From an uncultured Acidobacteriota bacterium (lineage in GTDB: Bacteria; Actinomycetota; Acidimicrobiia; Spongiisociales; ZC4RG35), in NCBI GenBank assembly GCA_963828465.1, contig CAWHEU010000021.1:79489-143488 (forward strand): a stretch of DNA of 64,000 nt, given 5' to 3'. Below are positions 50,720 through 60,134 of the stretch, one piece after another. Both the position numbers and the translations under genes were made by a program. A model generated the notes under the pieces. The model worked only from the letters and a program-made list of their open reading frames with translations. It did not search any database and was not told the DNA's origin. The first letter of the stretch is position 1. Each line of letters opens with the position of its first letter.

Positions 50720-51298
50720 ATGACAACCGAGAGACGTGACGACCGGGGGGCCACCCTCGTTGAGGCGGCTTTGGTCTACGCCCTGCTCTTCCTCGCCCTC
50801 TTCGCCGTCGTCGAGTTCGGTTTGGCATTCAAAGATTGGCTGTCGGTCAGTCATGCCGCCAGGGAAGGGGCCCGCGCCGGCGCCACCTATGGAAACGACC
50901 CCACCGCCGACATCCAGATACTTCGTGACATCGAGCAGACCCTCGCACCGGCCGGGATCGCCAACGGGATGAATATCCGCGTCTTCAACGCAGAAGCTCC
51001 TGCGGTGGACGAGGTCTACTCCTACGCCCCCGGCACCGACTGCAGCGACAACACACCCGTAGGTCTGCCTCCACTCGTGGGGTGTTGCGACTGGACGCCG
51101 TGCCCGGAGCCGTTCCGGGACTCCTACCAGGTCCCCGGGTGGGACCCGTCGAGTCGCGACGTGGCGGCGCCTGATCTGGATCGGATAGGAGTAGAGGTGC
51201 AGTTCATCCATCAATGGCTGACCAACTACTTCGTCCCATCGAGCGATTTCACGACCGTCACTGACTTCCAGATCGAGCCACAGGTATTCGAGTCATGA
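50720..51298 (+). CDS. TadE-family minor pilin (cassette 1, gene A)
   Basis: DRG/ATLVEAALV, AAREGARAGA; four Cys. Confidence 0.88.
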   Translation: MTTERRDDRGATLVEAALVYALLFLALFAVVEFGLAFKDWLSVSHAAREGARAGATYGNDPTADIQILRDIEQTLAPAGIANGMNIRVFNAEAPAVDEVYSYAPGTDCSDNTPVGLPPLVGCCDWTPCPEPFRDSYQVPGWDPSSRDVAAPDLDRIGVEVQFIHQWLTNYFVPSSDFTTVTDFQIEPQVFES

Positions 51299-51834
51299 GC
51301 CGTCGCAAGGAACAGGGGGCATCGCTGGTGGAAGTCGGCCTGGTCCTCCCGATCCTCATCCTCCTCGCCATAGGTCTTTCTGAGATTGGCTTCCTGGTCG
51401 TCGACTACCTCACAGTCACCAATGCCGCGCGGGAAGGGGCCCGCACCGGGGCCGCTGCTGCCGACTTCCCCACCGCCGACGCCCTGATCCTGGATGCGGT
51501 GGAAGAGGCGTCGTGCAACCTTCGCTTCGGCGCTTTGGAGAAGGTCCGCATCTTCAAGGCTGACGGTCTCGGCGATCCGATTGCCGGATCCGTCAATGAA
51601 TACTCACCCGGAGGCGCCCTGGCTTGCGACTCGCCTGGGAACGCCCTGGGATGTGACAACGGCTGTCCGTGGGTCTCGACCGGTCGCGACCGCGAGCCGC
51701 CCGGGCTCGATGTCCTCGGCGTGGAGGTCACCTTCTCTCACACGAGCGTGACCGGAATCTTCCCCTTCCCCACGGTGGACTGGGACGAGACCGCCGTGAT
51801 GCAGATCGAGCCCGACACCAGAGGCACGCAATGA
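51295..51834 (+). CDS. TadE-family minor pilin (cassette 1, gene B)
   Basis: EQG/ASLVEVGLVLP, NAAREGAR; four Cys. Confidence 0.88.
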   Translation: MSRRKEQGASLVEVGLVLPILILLAIGLSEIGFLVVDYLTVTNAAREGARTGAAAADFPTADALILDAVEEASCNLRFGALEKVRIFKADGLGDPIAGSVNEYSPGGALACDSPGNALGCDNGCPWVSTGRDREPPGLDVLGVEVTFSHTSVTGIFPFPTVDWDETAVMQIEPDTRGTQ

Positions 51835-53330
51835 AACGGCTCTTCCATCGCATCGAAGACGGCGAGGACAGGGGTGCAGCTCTGGCGCTGGTAGCGGCGT
51901 CGCTCGTCGTCTTGATGGGGATGGCCGCCTTTGGCACCGATCTCGCCTGGTTCTATCTCAACGCAAGCCGGATCCAGCGGGCCGCGGATGCCGCCGCCTT
52001 GGGTGGCGTCATCTGGTTGCCCGGCCAGCCCGTCACGGCCGACGGCACCGCGGTCGACATCGCCCTCCGCAACGGATACGACAACACCCTCACCGATGTG
52101 GAGGTGATTCCGGCGGGCGTTCCCGGCGAACCCAACAAACTCAAGGTGACCATCAACGACGAGGTGCCGACGTTCTTCGCCAAGGTCCTCGGCTTCAGCA
52201 AGATGGACATCTCCCGAACGGCGGTCGCCGAGTACATCCCGCCCTTGAAACTGGGCAGCCCGGACAACCAATTCGGCAACTCGTGTGACCCGGAGCAACC
52301 GGGGTGCACCGCTCAGGCCAACTTCTGGGCGAACATCCACGGAAAGTGGACCGACAACGAGATGGGAGACGCCTACTCGTCGTGGTGCACCAACGCCAAC
52401 GACAGTCCGGGGTGCGCCCAAAACGCCTGGGCGCGCAGCACCGGGTATCTGTACGGGATCGAGTCGGGGTCGAGCTTCACCCTCCAGTTCAATGACATCG
52501 CCTTCCACAACAACTCGGGCACGCAGGTTTCGGGGGACGGGATCCGCACCGGTGACCGTGGCTGTGAGGACTGGACCCCGAGCACCGCCGCGACCTGCGG
52601 GCCGACGATGCAGGTCGCCCTCTATGCCCCCGACCCGACGCCTCTCGACATTACCGACAACCCCCTTCTCTGCCAGGCGACCATCCCACCGTTGCCGCAG
52701 GTGGCGGAGACCGAGCCCTACGCCTTCACGGCGCCGGATGGCCAAGGGTGCTGGACCCAGTCAGGGTCGGGCCTCTTCGTGGCCCAGGTGCGTCATGTCG
52801 ATCCCGGAGCAGCCGTCGACCGAGCCGGCCTCAACCGCTATTCCGTGCGGTCGAGCTCTGGTCAGCTGTATGCCTTGGGGGATTTCTCCATCTACAACAA
52901 CGCCAGCGGATCGACCACCTCTTTCTATCTGGCCGAGGTCCCCACCTACTACCACGGCAAAACCTTCGTAGTCGAGTTCTTCGACGCCGGAGAATCGTCG
53001 GCGACCGGAACCCTGCAGATGATGAGCCCCGACGGATCTGCGTTCAACGACGGCGAGTGCCGGATCTACACCAGGAACAACCCGGGACAGGACTGGAGCC
53101 TTCAGACCACGATCGGCGCCGGCAGCAGCTGCCAGGAGACGGTCACTCCGCAGGAGTATCACGACCGCTGGCTGAAGTTCGAGATGGACCTGCCCCCCGA
53201 GTACGCCTGCACCGAGGGTGGGACCCCTGGGTGCTGGTGGAAGGTCAATTACGCCTATCCCTCAGGTGTCAATGACACCACGACCTGGAAGGCGTACATG
53301 ATCGGGAACCCCATCCACCTCGTCGAGTAG
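51831..53330 (+). CDS. TadG-like pilin with a large Cys-rich C-terminal domain (cassette 1, gene C)
   Basis: DRG/AALALVA..GMAAFGTDLAW..QRAADAAALGG; 12 Cys; ends PIHLVE. Confidence 0.85.
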   Translation: MKRLFHRIEDGEDRGAALALVAASLVVLMGMAAFGTDLAWFYLNASRIQRAADAAALGGVIWLPGQPVTADGTAVDIALRNGYDNTLTDVEVIPAGVPGEPNKLKVTINDEVPTFFAKVLGFSKMDISRTAVAEYIPPLKLGSPDNQFGNSCDPEQPGCTAQANFWANIHGKWTDNEMGDAYSSWCTNANDSPGCAQNAWARSTGYLYGIESGSSFTLQFNDIAFHNNSGTQVSGDGIRTGDRGCEDWTPSTAATCGPTMQVALYAPDPTPLDITDNPLLCQATIPPLPQVAETEPYAFTAPDGQGCWTQSGSGLFVAQVRHVDPGAAVDRAGLNRYSVRSSSGQLYALGDFSIYNNASGSTTSFYLAEVPTYYHGKTFVVEFFDAGESSATGTLQMMSPDGSAFNDGECRIYTRNNPGQDWSLQTTIGAGSSCQETVTPQEYHDRWLKFEMDLPPEYACTEGGTPGCWWKVNYAYPSGVNDTTTWKAYMIGNPIHLVE

Positions 53331-53501
53331 ACCACCGGCGAACCGCTTCGCCCACGTCGAGTGGGACCGGGCCACTCAGGTCGAGCATGTCGGGGGCTTC
53401 CGACCCAACCTGCCTTTCGGCCAGATGGCCTTCAGTAATTGGCAGTTTCTGCCGAAGTTCCCCCATCGTTGAGCAACGCATCCTCGGGTGGGTGGAAAGA
53501 C

Positions 53502-54107
53502 GTGAAAGCAGTGAAAGGCTTTAAGGGCACCATCGAACGGAGCGATCCCGGGCGCGAGCGCGGGGCAACGCTGGTCGAGGCGGCCGTGGTATATGGCCTG
53601 CTCTTCCTCACCCTGTTCGCCGTCGTCGAGTTCGGGCTCGCCTTCAAGGACTGGCTCTCTGTGAGCCACGCAGCGCGTGAAGGTGCCAGGGCCGGGGCGA
53701 CGTATGGGGACGACCCACGGGCCGACATTCAGATCCTCCGGGACATCGAGCGGACGCTCTCGCCTGCGGGGATCTCCGATGGGATGAGCGCGAGGATCTC
53801 CGAAGCCACTCCTCTGGGAGAATCGACGACGTACAACTACGCACCGGGAACGGGGTGTGCGAGCACCGTAACGCCTGCCCTACCCGGTTGCTGTGACTGG
53901 TCCCCCTGTCCCGAGCCGTTCCGCACCAACTACGTCACCCCCGTTTGGGACCCGGCAGACCGTGATGTCGAAGCCCCCACCACCGACCGGATCGGCGTCG
54001 AGGTCGACTTCACCCACGTCTGGCTCACCGGGTACTTCACGCCGGACGCGGACTTCACCGCCTCCACCGACTTCCAGGTCGAGCCACAGGTGTTCGGGTC
54101 CTCATGA
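53502..54107 (+). CDS. TadE-family minor pilin (cassette 2, gene A)
   Basis: ERG/ATLVEAAVV, AAREGARAGA; paralog of 50720. Confidence 0.88.
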   Translation: MKAVKGFKGTIERSDPGRERGATLVEAAVVYGLLFLTLFAVVEFGLAFKDWLSVSHAAREGARAGATYGDDPRADIQILRDIERTLSPAGISDGMSARISEATPLGESTTYNYAPGTGCASTVTPALPGCCDWSPCPEPFRTNYVTPVWDPADRDVEAPTTDRIGVEVDFTHVWLTGYFTPDADFTASTDFQVEPQVFGSS

Positions 54108-54661
54108 GACACAGAAATGAGAAGGGCGCCAGCCTGGTGGAGGCCTCGATACTCCTCCCCCTGCTGATTCTGATGGCCGTCGGGCTATCCGAGATCGGTT
54201 TCCTGGTGGTGGACTACCTCACGGTCAGCAACTCGGCCCGGGAAGGGGCTCGCACCGGCGCCGCCGCGGCGAACTTCAATGACACCGTCTCGGGGAAAGA
54301 CGCCGACGATCTAATTCTCGCCGCCGTCGAGGAGTCGGCCTGCAACCTCAACTTCGGTGATCTGGAAGAGGTCCGTATCTATAAGGCCGATGCTGCGGGG
54401 AACCCAATCACCGGGTCGGTCAACGTGTACTCCCCCACCGCAGCGCTGGCATGTGACAACGTTGCCACCAACCTGGGTTGCGACAACGGCTGCCCTTGGA
54501 CGCCGGCGAGCCGTGATCGGGTGCCGCCTACCTTCGATGACCTGGGCGTCGAGATCACTTTCTCTCACTCCGATATCACCGGGATCTTCCCCTTCCCAAC
54601 CGTCAACTGGACCGAGTCTGCAGTGATGCAGATCGAGCCCGACACCCGAGGCACACAGTGA
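54104..54661 (+). CDS. TadE-family minor pilin (cassette 2, gene B)
   Basis: EKG/ASLVEASILLP, NSAREGAR; paralog of 51295. Confidence 0.88.
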   Translation: MRHRNEKGASLVEASILLPLLILMAVGLSEIGFLVVDYLTVSNSAREGARTGAAAANFNDTVSGKDADDLILAAVEESACNLNFGDLEEVRIYKADAAGNPITGSVNVYSPTAALACDNVATNLGCDNGCPWTPASRDRVPPTFDDLGVEITFSHSDITGIFPFPTVNWTESAVMQIEPDTRGTQ

Positions 54662-56151
54662 GGAAGCTGTTCGAAAGATCTCGCGAGAAGGACAAGGGGG
54701 CAGCCATGGTCCTGGTCGCCCTATCCATGGTGCTCTTATTGGGTATGGCGGCGTTTGGCTCCGACCTGGCCTGGTTCTACCTGAACGCCAGCCGTGTGCA
54801 GCGAGCCGCAGACGCCGCCGCCCTCGGCGGTGTCGTCTGGCTGCCCGCTAACACCGGCACGGCCAACAGCACTGCCCTCGCAACCGCCCTGCAAAATGGA
54901 TACGACGACGCCGACGCCGATGTGGTGGTCAGCTCGGGTGCAGTGACCGGCGAGCAGAACCAACTCGAGGTCTCGGTGAGAGACGTGGTGCCTACGTTCT
55001 TCCTCGGCGCCATTGGGTTCGACACCATGACTATCGAGCGTTCAGCGGTGGCCGAATACATACCACCGTTGAAATTGGGGAGTCCAGCAGGACTGTTCGG
55101 CAACAACTGCGATCCGACCCAGCCCGGCTGCACCGGGCAAGCCAACTTCTGGGCCAACATCCACGGATGGTTCACAGACACCACCATGGGCGATGCGTAC
55201 ACATCGCATTGCGTGGGAAGCTCGGATGTCCCCGCATGCACCACGAACCCGATCGCCCGACCGGGCGGCTATCTGTATGGCATCGAGAGGGGGACCGGCA
55301 GCTTCACTATCGAGGGGATCGATCTCAGATTCTTCAACACCTCCGGTGGCAATCCCACGAGTGACACGATCCGCACCGGTGACCGTGGGTGCGAAGACTG
55401 GACACCGAGCGCCGCCGCGACCTGTGGGCCGACCATGCTGGTAAAGCTCTACGCCCCGGACCCCACACCACTCGACCTCTCCGATAATGGCGCCCCCTTG
55501 TGCACGGCAACCCTCGGCCCCGCCGGGCAGGTGCTGCCCGCCGCCGGCTACGGCTGGACGACGCCAAACGCCAACTCATGTTGGACACAGTCCGGCACCG
55601 GGATCTATGTCCTGCAGATCGCAGTTCAGGACCCCGGCAACACGGTCGACCGGGCCGGTCTGAATCGTTACTCGATCCGTGCCAACAACAACGGGGCCAA
55701 GCTGTTCGCCCTCGGAGACTTCTCGATCTACAACAACGCCAGCGGCACCACAACCGCCTTCTACCTCGCAGACGTGCCCACCTACTATCACGGCAAGACT
55801 TTCGTGGTGGAGTTGTACGACGCCGGTGAGTCCGCCAACAACGGGACCCTGGCCGTGGTCGATCCCTCGACCAACGTGTTCAACGACGGCGAGTGCCGGA
55901 TTTACAGCCGCAACAACCCGACCGTGGCCTGGAACCTGCAACAGACCATCCCCAGTGGCTCTAACTGCCAGGAATCCGTGGCCCCCGGTGAGTACAACGG
56001 ACGCTGGCTCAAGTTCGAGATGGACCTACCTGCGGCGTACTCGTGCTCCAACTGCTGGTGGAAGATGAGCTATTCCTACCCGTCGGCGGTGAACGACACC
56101 ACCACATGGCGGGCCTACATGATCGGGAACCCAATCCACCTCATCGACTGA
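54658..56151 (+). CDS. TadG-like pilin with a large Cys-rich C-terminal domain (cassette 2, gene C)
   Basis: DKG/AAMVLVA..QRAADAAALGG; same 12 Cys; ends PIHLID. Confidence 0.85.
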   Translation: MRKLFERSREKDKGAAMVLVALSMVLLLGMAAFGSDLAWFYLNASRVQRAADAAALGGVVWLPANTGTANSTALATALQNGYDDADADVVVSSGAVTGEQNQLEVSVRDVVPTFFLGAIGFDTMTIERSAVAEYIPPLKLGSPAGLFGNNCDPTQPGCTGQANFWANIHGWFTDTTMGDAYTSHCVGSSDVPACTTNPIARPGGYLYGIERGTGSFTIEGIDLRFFNTSGGNPTSDTIRTGDRGCEDWTPSAAATCGPTMLVKLYAPDPTPLDLSDNGAPLCTATLGPAGQVLPAAGYGWTTPNANSCWTQSGTGIYVLQIAVQDPGNTVDRAGLNRYSIRANNNGAKLFALGDFSIYNNASGTTTAFYLADVPTYYHGKTFVVELYDAGESANNGTLAVVDPSTNVFNDGECRIYSRNNPTVAWNLQQTIPSGSNCQESVAPGEYNGRWLKFEMDLPAAYSCSNCWWKMSYSYPSAVNDTTTWRAYMIGNPIHLID

Positions 56152-56176
56152 GGTATCGCGCTTCTAGGCTGGCGGG

Positions 56177-57028
56177 ATGCTGCCTCCACCCGACTACATG
56201 CCCGCGTTGATCACGCCATTCACAAGAGGCGGGGAGATCGACACCAGGGCCCACACCACCAACCTCCGCATCCTGGCCGGCACCGGCATCGACGGCTACG
56301 TCATCGGTGGGTCCAACGGGGAAGGGCCCTATCTGGAGCCGGGTGAGCGATTCAGGTTGGTGAAGGCGGGACGCCGACGGAAGTCCCATTTCATGGTCGG
56401 GGTAGCCGCCGAATCGACCCGGGTCGCCTTGAATCAGGTCGAGGAGGCCATCGAAGGCGGTGCCGACAGCATCCTCGTGATGACACCGACCACCCTCACT
56501 CGAGGTCGGGACGAGGCTGTCCTTCGGTTCTACAAGACGATCGCCGACACCTCGACGGCACCGGTTTTCCTCTATTCGGTCCCATCCGTAACCGGGTACA
56601 ACCTCCCACTGGAACTGGTGTGGAGGCTCTCGCGGCACGACAACATCGTGGGGATGAAGGACTCGAGTGGTGATGTCGTGAGGCTTCAGTCGATCATCGA
56701 TGCATCGCCGTCGGATTTCGTCCTGTACTCAGGATCCTCCCGGGCCCTCACCGCGGCGATGGCGATCGGCTGTCACGGGGCCATCACCGGATCGGGCAAC
56801 TACGTGCCCGAGCTCGTGCTCCAGACCCTGGCCGCAGCGAAGGGGGACCCCGCCAAGGCGAGGAAGCTGCAGAAGCGGCTGAGCGCCATCAGCTCCGATG
56901 TCGAGGCCCACGGAGTGCCTGGTGTCAAGGCGGCCGCGAAGGCGGCGGGTCTCGACCCGGGACACCCCAGGGAACCTCTGACCCGGCTCTCCCGGGGCGC
57001 CGAGACCTCTATCGCCAAGCTGATCTGA
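56177..57028 (+). CDS. Dihydrodipicolinate synthase/N-acetylneuraminate lyase family protein
   Basis: PALITPF, GSNGEG, LYSVP..TG, NIVGMKDSSGD. Confidence 0.88.
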   Translation: MLPPPDYMPALITPFTRGGEIDTRAHTTNLRILAGTGIDGYVIGGSNGEGPYLEPGERFRLVKAGRRRKSHFMVGVAAESTRVALNQVEEAIEGGADSILVMTPTTLTRGRDEAVLRFYKTIADTSTAPVFLYSVPSVTGYNLPLELVWRLSRHDNIVGMKDSSGDVVRLQSIIDASPSDFVLYSGSSRALTAAMAIGCHGAITGSGNYVPELVLQTLAAAKGDPAKARKLQKRLSAISSDVEAHGVPGVKAAAKAAGLDPGHPREPLTRLSRGAETSIAKLI

Positions 57029-57079
57029 CGCTCGACGCGGTCTGTACCATTCACGCCCCAATCACCAAGGAGTCGGAGC

Positions 57080-57463
57080 GTGTCCAAGTTTCTCAGTGAC
57101 GAGTGGGCGTCGGAAGTCACAGCCGCCCTCAACAGCCATGACGGATTCAAGAACGCCATCGGGGAAGCCGAGCTGGGCATCCAGTTCAGCACCACCGATG
57201 CCCCCGACGGTGAGGTCGACTACTACCTGCAGGCCGGGGGCGGCAACGCCACTATGGCCCTCGGGACCCTCGAAGGCGCCGACGTAACGGTCAAGCAGAC
57301 CTACGACACCGCCACCGCCATCTCCAAGGGCGATCTGAACACTCAAAGTGCCTTCATGACGGGCAAGCTCAAGGTTTCGGGAAACCTGGCCAAGCTGATG
57401 ATGCATCAGGGCGCCATCCAGCAGTGGGGCGCCGCCGTGTCTGATCTCGACGTCGAATACTGA
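57080..57463 (+). CDS. SCP2 sterol/lipid-binding domain protein
   Basis: FLSDEW...AFMTGKLKVSGNLAKLM; AAGGAG RBS. Confidence 0.88.
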   Translation: MSKFLSDEWASEVTAALNSHDGFKNAIGEAELGIQFSTTDAPDGEVDYYLQAGGGNATMALGTLEGADVTVKQTYDTATAISKGDLNTQSAFMTGKLKVSGNLAKLMMHQGAIQQWGAAVSDLDVEY

Positions 57464-57479
57464 CAATCGATCCACGACC

Positions 57480-57506
57480 TGTCGAAATCCTCGTTGGCTC
57501 TCCGTC
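57480..57506 (+). promoter_or_regulatory. ECF42-type promoter upstream of the DGPF gene
   Basis: TGTCGA, 17 nt, CGTC; matches the motif described for ECF42 sigma factors, whose usual targets are DGPF/YciI genes. Confidence 0.65.
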
Positions 57507-57546
57507 ATAGAGACGTCAGGCGTCCCAATCGAGAAGGGAACCAAGG

Positions 57547-57924
57547 ATGCCCAAGTATGCAGCACTCATCTATGGACCGGCCGAGACCCAGGGGCAAGGA
57601 ACGCCTGAGGAGACGGAGCAGGTCATGAACGAGTACAACGAGTTCAGCCAGGCCTCCGCGGAAGCGGGAGTGATGGTGGGTGGTGAAGCCTTGCACGACA
57701 CCAACACCGCCACGACTGTCCACATCCCCACCGGGAAGGGCGGCGAGCCGGTCTTCACCGACGGGCCATTCGCCGAGACCAAAGAGGTCCTGGGAGGGTT
57801 CTACCTGTTGGAGGTCGCCGATCTCGACGAGGCCCTGAAGTGGGCGCAGCAGATTCCCGGCGCCTGGTACGGCAGGGTCGAGGTGCGGCCCGTCGTCGAG
57901 TGGGAGGATCAGCCGGAGGGCTGA
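57547..57924 (+). CDS. YciI-family DGPF protein
   Basis: TDGPFAETKEVLGGFY, VEVRP. Confidence 0.92.
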   Translation: MPKYAALIYGPAETQGQGTPEETEQVMNEYNEFSQASAEAGVMVGGEALHDTNTATTVHIPTGKGGEPVFTDGPFAETKEVLGGFYLLEVADLDEALKWAQQIPGAWYGRVEVRPVVEWEDQPEG

Positions 57925-57989
57925 ATCGAAATATCCCCCGGCGGGAAGCGTCTTGAACGGGAGTCTCTCGGCTGGCATGGTCAGCACAG

Positions 57990-58286
57990 ATGACGCCATC
58001 GGAGGCTGCCCGCCACGACCTCTACAATGGGTTGGCTGAGTTGCTCGGACCGCAACGAGCGGAGACCCTGATGGCTGCCCTGCCTGCATACGACATCTCG
58101 CAGTTGGTCACGAAAGACGAGTTTCGGGCGGGGCTGGCGGAGTTGCGTGCCGAATTCAAGGGTGATCTGCATGAGGGCCTGGCATCGGTGAACGCACGCA
58201 TCGATCGGCTCTTCTTAGCCATGATGAGCGGGTTCGTCCTGACCCTGGGAACGACGGTCGGTTTCTTCCTGGTCCTGCTGAACTAG
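57990..58286 (+). CDS. Head/coiled-coil/TM-anchor hypothetical protein (CCDC90/DUF1640-like)
   Basis: AETLM..LP, LVTKDE neck motif, coiled coil, C-terminal TM helix. Confidence 0.7.
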   Translation: MTPSEAARHDLYNGLAELLGPQRAETLMAALPAYDISQLVTKDEFRAGLAELRAEFKGDLHEGLASVNARIDRLFLAMMSGFVLTLGTTVGFFLVLLN

Positions 58287-59272
58287 ATCAGTCCGAGCTC
58301 CCGGACCGCTTCCCGCTCCTCTGTGAGCTCTGCCACCGACGCGTCGATCCGCTTCCGGGAGTAGTCATCGATCTCGAGACCCTGGACGATCTCCCATCGG
58401 CCATCCCGACAGATGCAAGGGAACGAGGACATCAAACCCTCGGGCACCCCGTAGGAACCATCTGAAGGGACGCCCATCGAGACCCAGTCGCCTTCCGGTG
58501 TGTCGAGCCACCAATCACGAACGTGACCGATGGCGGCATTGGCAGCCGAAGCCGCCGAGGAAGCCCCTCTCGCTTCGATGATGGCGGCGCCGCGATTGGC
58601 GACGGTGGGAATGAACTCGTTCTCGATCCAGTCCTGGTCATCGACCATCTCGTGGGCGGGCTTGCCGTCGACCTCGCAATGGAACAGGTCGGGATACTGG
58701 GTCGACGAATGGTTGCCCCAGATCGTCATCCGACGAACCGAGGCCACCGGCCGGCCCAAGCGGTTGGCCAACTGTGCCACGGCCCTGTTGTGGTCGAGCC
58801 GGGTCATCGCCGTGAAATTGGATGGGTCCATTCCTTTGGCGTTGTTCATGGCGATGAGGGCGTTGGTATTCGCCGGGTTGCCCACGACGAGGGCCTTGAC
58901 ATCGGGGCGAGCTGCGCCGCCGATGGCACGGCCTTGAGTGGTGAAGATTGCGCCATTGGCGGAGAGAAGATCGGAGCGCTCCATGCCCGCTTTCCGCGGC
59001 ATGGCACCGACGAGAAGGGCGATCTCGGCGTCCGCGAAGGCCGACTCCGGGTCGTCGGTGGCGACGGCTCCCTCCAAGAGGGGAAAGGCGCCGTCCTCCA
59101 GCTCCATGGTGACGCCGTCGAGCGCGCCAAGTGCGTCGGGGATCTCGAGCATTTGCAGGATGACCGGCTGGTCCGGGCCGAGCATGTCCCCGGCGGCGAT
59201 CCGGAAGACGAGGCTGTACCCGATCTGCCCTGCGGCGCCGGTCACTGCCACACGCACTGGTCGTTCACTCAT
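58283..59272 (-). CDS. mdh: Malate dehydrogenase
   Basis: [48 protein letters not shown]. Confidence 0.96.
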   Translation of the reverse strand: MSERPVRVAVTGAAGQIGYSLVFRIAAGDMLGPDQPVILQMLEIPDALGALDGVTMELEDGAFPLLEGAVATDDPESAFADAEIALLVGAMPRKAGMERSDLLSANGAIFTTQGRAIGGAARPDVKALVVGNPANTNALIAMNNAKGMDPSNFTAMTRLDHNRAVAQLANRLGRPVASVRRMTIWGNHSSTQYPDLFHCEVDGKPAHEMVDDQDWIENEFIPTVANRGAAIIEARGASSAASAANAAIGHVRDWWLDTPEGDWVSMGVPSDGSYGVPEGLMSSFPCICRDGRWEIVQGLEIDDYSRKRIDASVAELTEEREAVRELGLI

Positions 59273-59300
59273 CGCGTCGAAGTTATCCCCGAGCCGCGAG

Positions 59301-60134
59301 TCACATGAAATCCAGTGCGATGTCGAGCTGCGGCGCCGAGTGGGTGATCCATCCCACCGAGATGATGTCGACACCGGTCTCGGCCAGAAGGCGGACATTC
59401 TCGAGCGTGACGCCGCCCGATGCTTCCAGAGTGATGCGACCCTCGGTCATCTCGACCGCCTGGCGCAGCATCTCCGGGCCCATGTTGTCGAGCAGCACAC
59501 GGTCGGCGTCCGTCTGGAGGACCTGAGCGAGCTGTTCCAGGCTGACCACCTCGACCTCGATCATCACTCCCGGGCGGACCTTGGTCCGTGCCGCGGCGAC
59601 CGCGGCGGCAATGTCACCCGCGGCGACTAGATGATTGTCTTTGATCAGGACCGCGTCGTAGAGGCCGAATCGGTGGTTCATGCCGCCCCCGACCCGGACC
59701 GCATACTTGTCGAGCGCCCTGAGCCCCGGCATCGTCTTCCGGGTGTCGGAAATGCGTGCCCCGGTCCCGGCGACGGCCTCGACCAGTTGCGCCGTTGCCG
59801 TGGCCACACCTGACATCCGGCCCAATAGGTTGAGGGCGGTTCGCTCCCCGCTGAGGATTGACCGTGAGTGTCCCGATATGTCAGCGACGTGCCCTCCCCT
59901 GTCGACACGATGGCCATCGTCCACCTTCGGCTCGAAGCGAACCGACGGGTCCAGTGCCTCGAACACGTAACCCGCGACCTCGATTCCGGCGATCACCCCG
60001 GGCGTCCGGGCGACGAAGACACCCTTGCTCTCCGCAGTCTTTGGGACGCACGAGTCAGAGGTGATGTCCCCCTCAGAACCGAGGTCCTCGGAGAGGGCGC
60101 GACCGACCACCTCGACGTAATCGGCACGAAGCAT
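59301..60134 (-). CDS. nadC: Nicotinate-nucleotide diphosphorylase (quinolinate phosphoribosyltransferase)
   Basis: [48 protein letters not shown]. Confidence 0.95.
   Translation of the reverse strand: MLRADYVEVVGRALSEDLGSEGDITSDSCVPKTAESKGVFVARTPGVIAGIEVAGYVFEALDPSVRFEPKVDDGHRVDRGGHVADISGHSRSILSGERTALNLLGRMSGVATATAQLVEAVAGTGARISDTRKTMPGLRALDKYAVRVGGGMNHRFGLYDAVLIKDNHLVAAGDIAAAVAAARTKVRPGVMIEVEVVSLEQLAQVLQTDADRVLLDNMGPEMLRQAVEMTEGRITLEASGGVTLENVRLLAETGVDIISVGWITHSAPQLDIALDFM

Larger units (their letters stand above)
50720..56151 (+). repeat. Diverged tandem duplication of a three-gene unit (50720-53330 and 53502-56151)
   Basis: Colinear paralogs sharing long peptides (KDWLSVSHAAREGARAGATYG, AVMQIEPDTRGTQ, QANFWANIHG) with many synonymous differences. 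Confidence 0.9.

Noticed and set aside
53432-53458. Sigma-28/WhiG-like promoter (TCAG-N15-GCCGAA) before Tad cassette 2
   Set aside because: Weak -35, no equivalent before cassette 1, and GCCGA is frequent at this GC content
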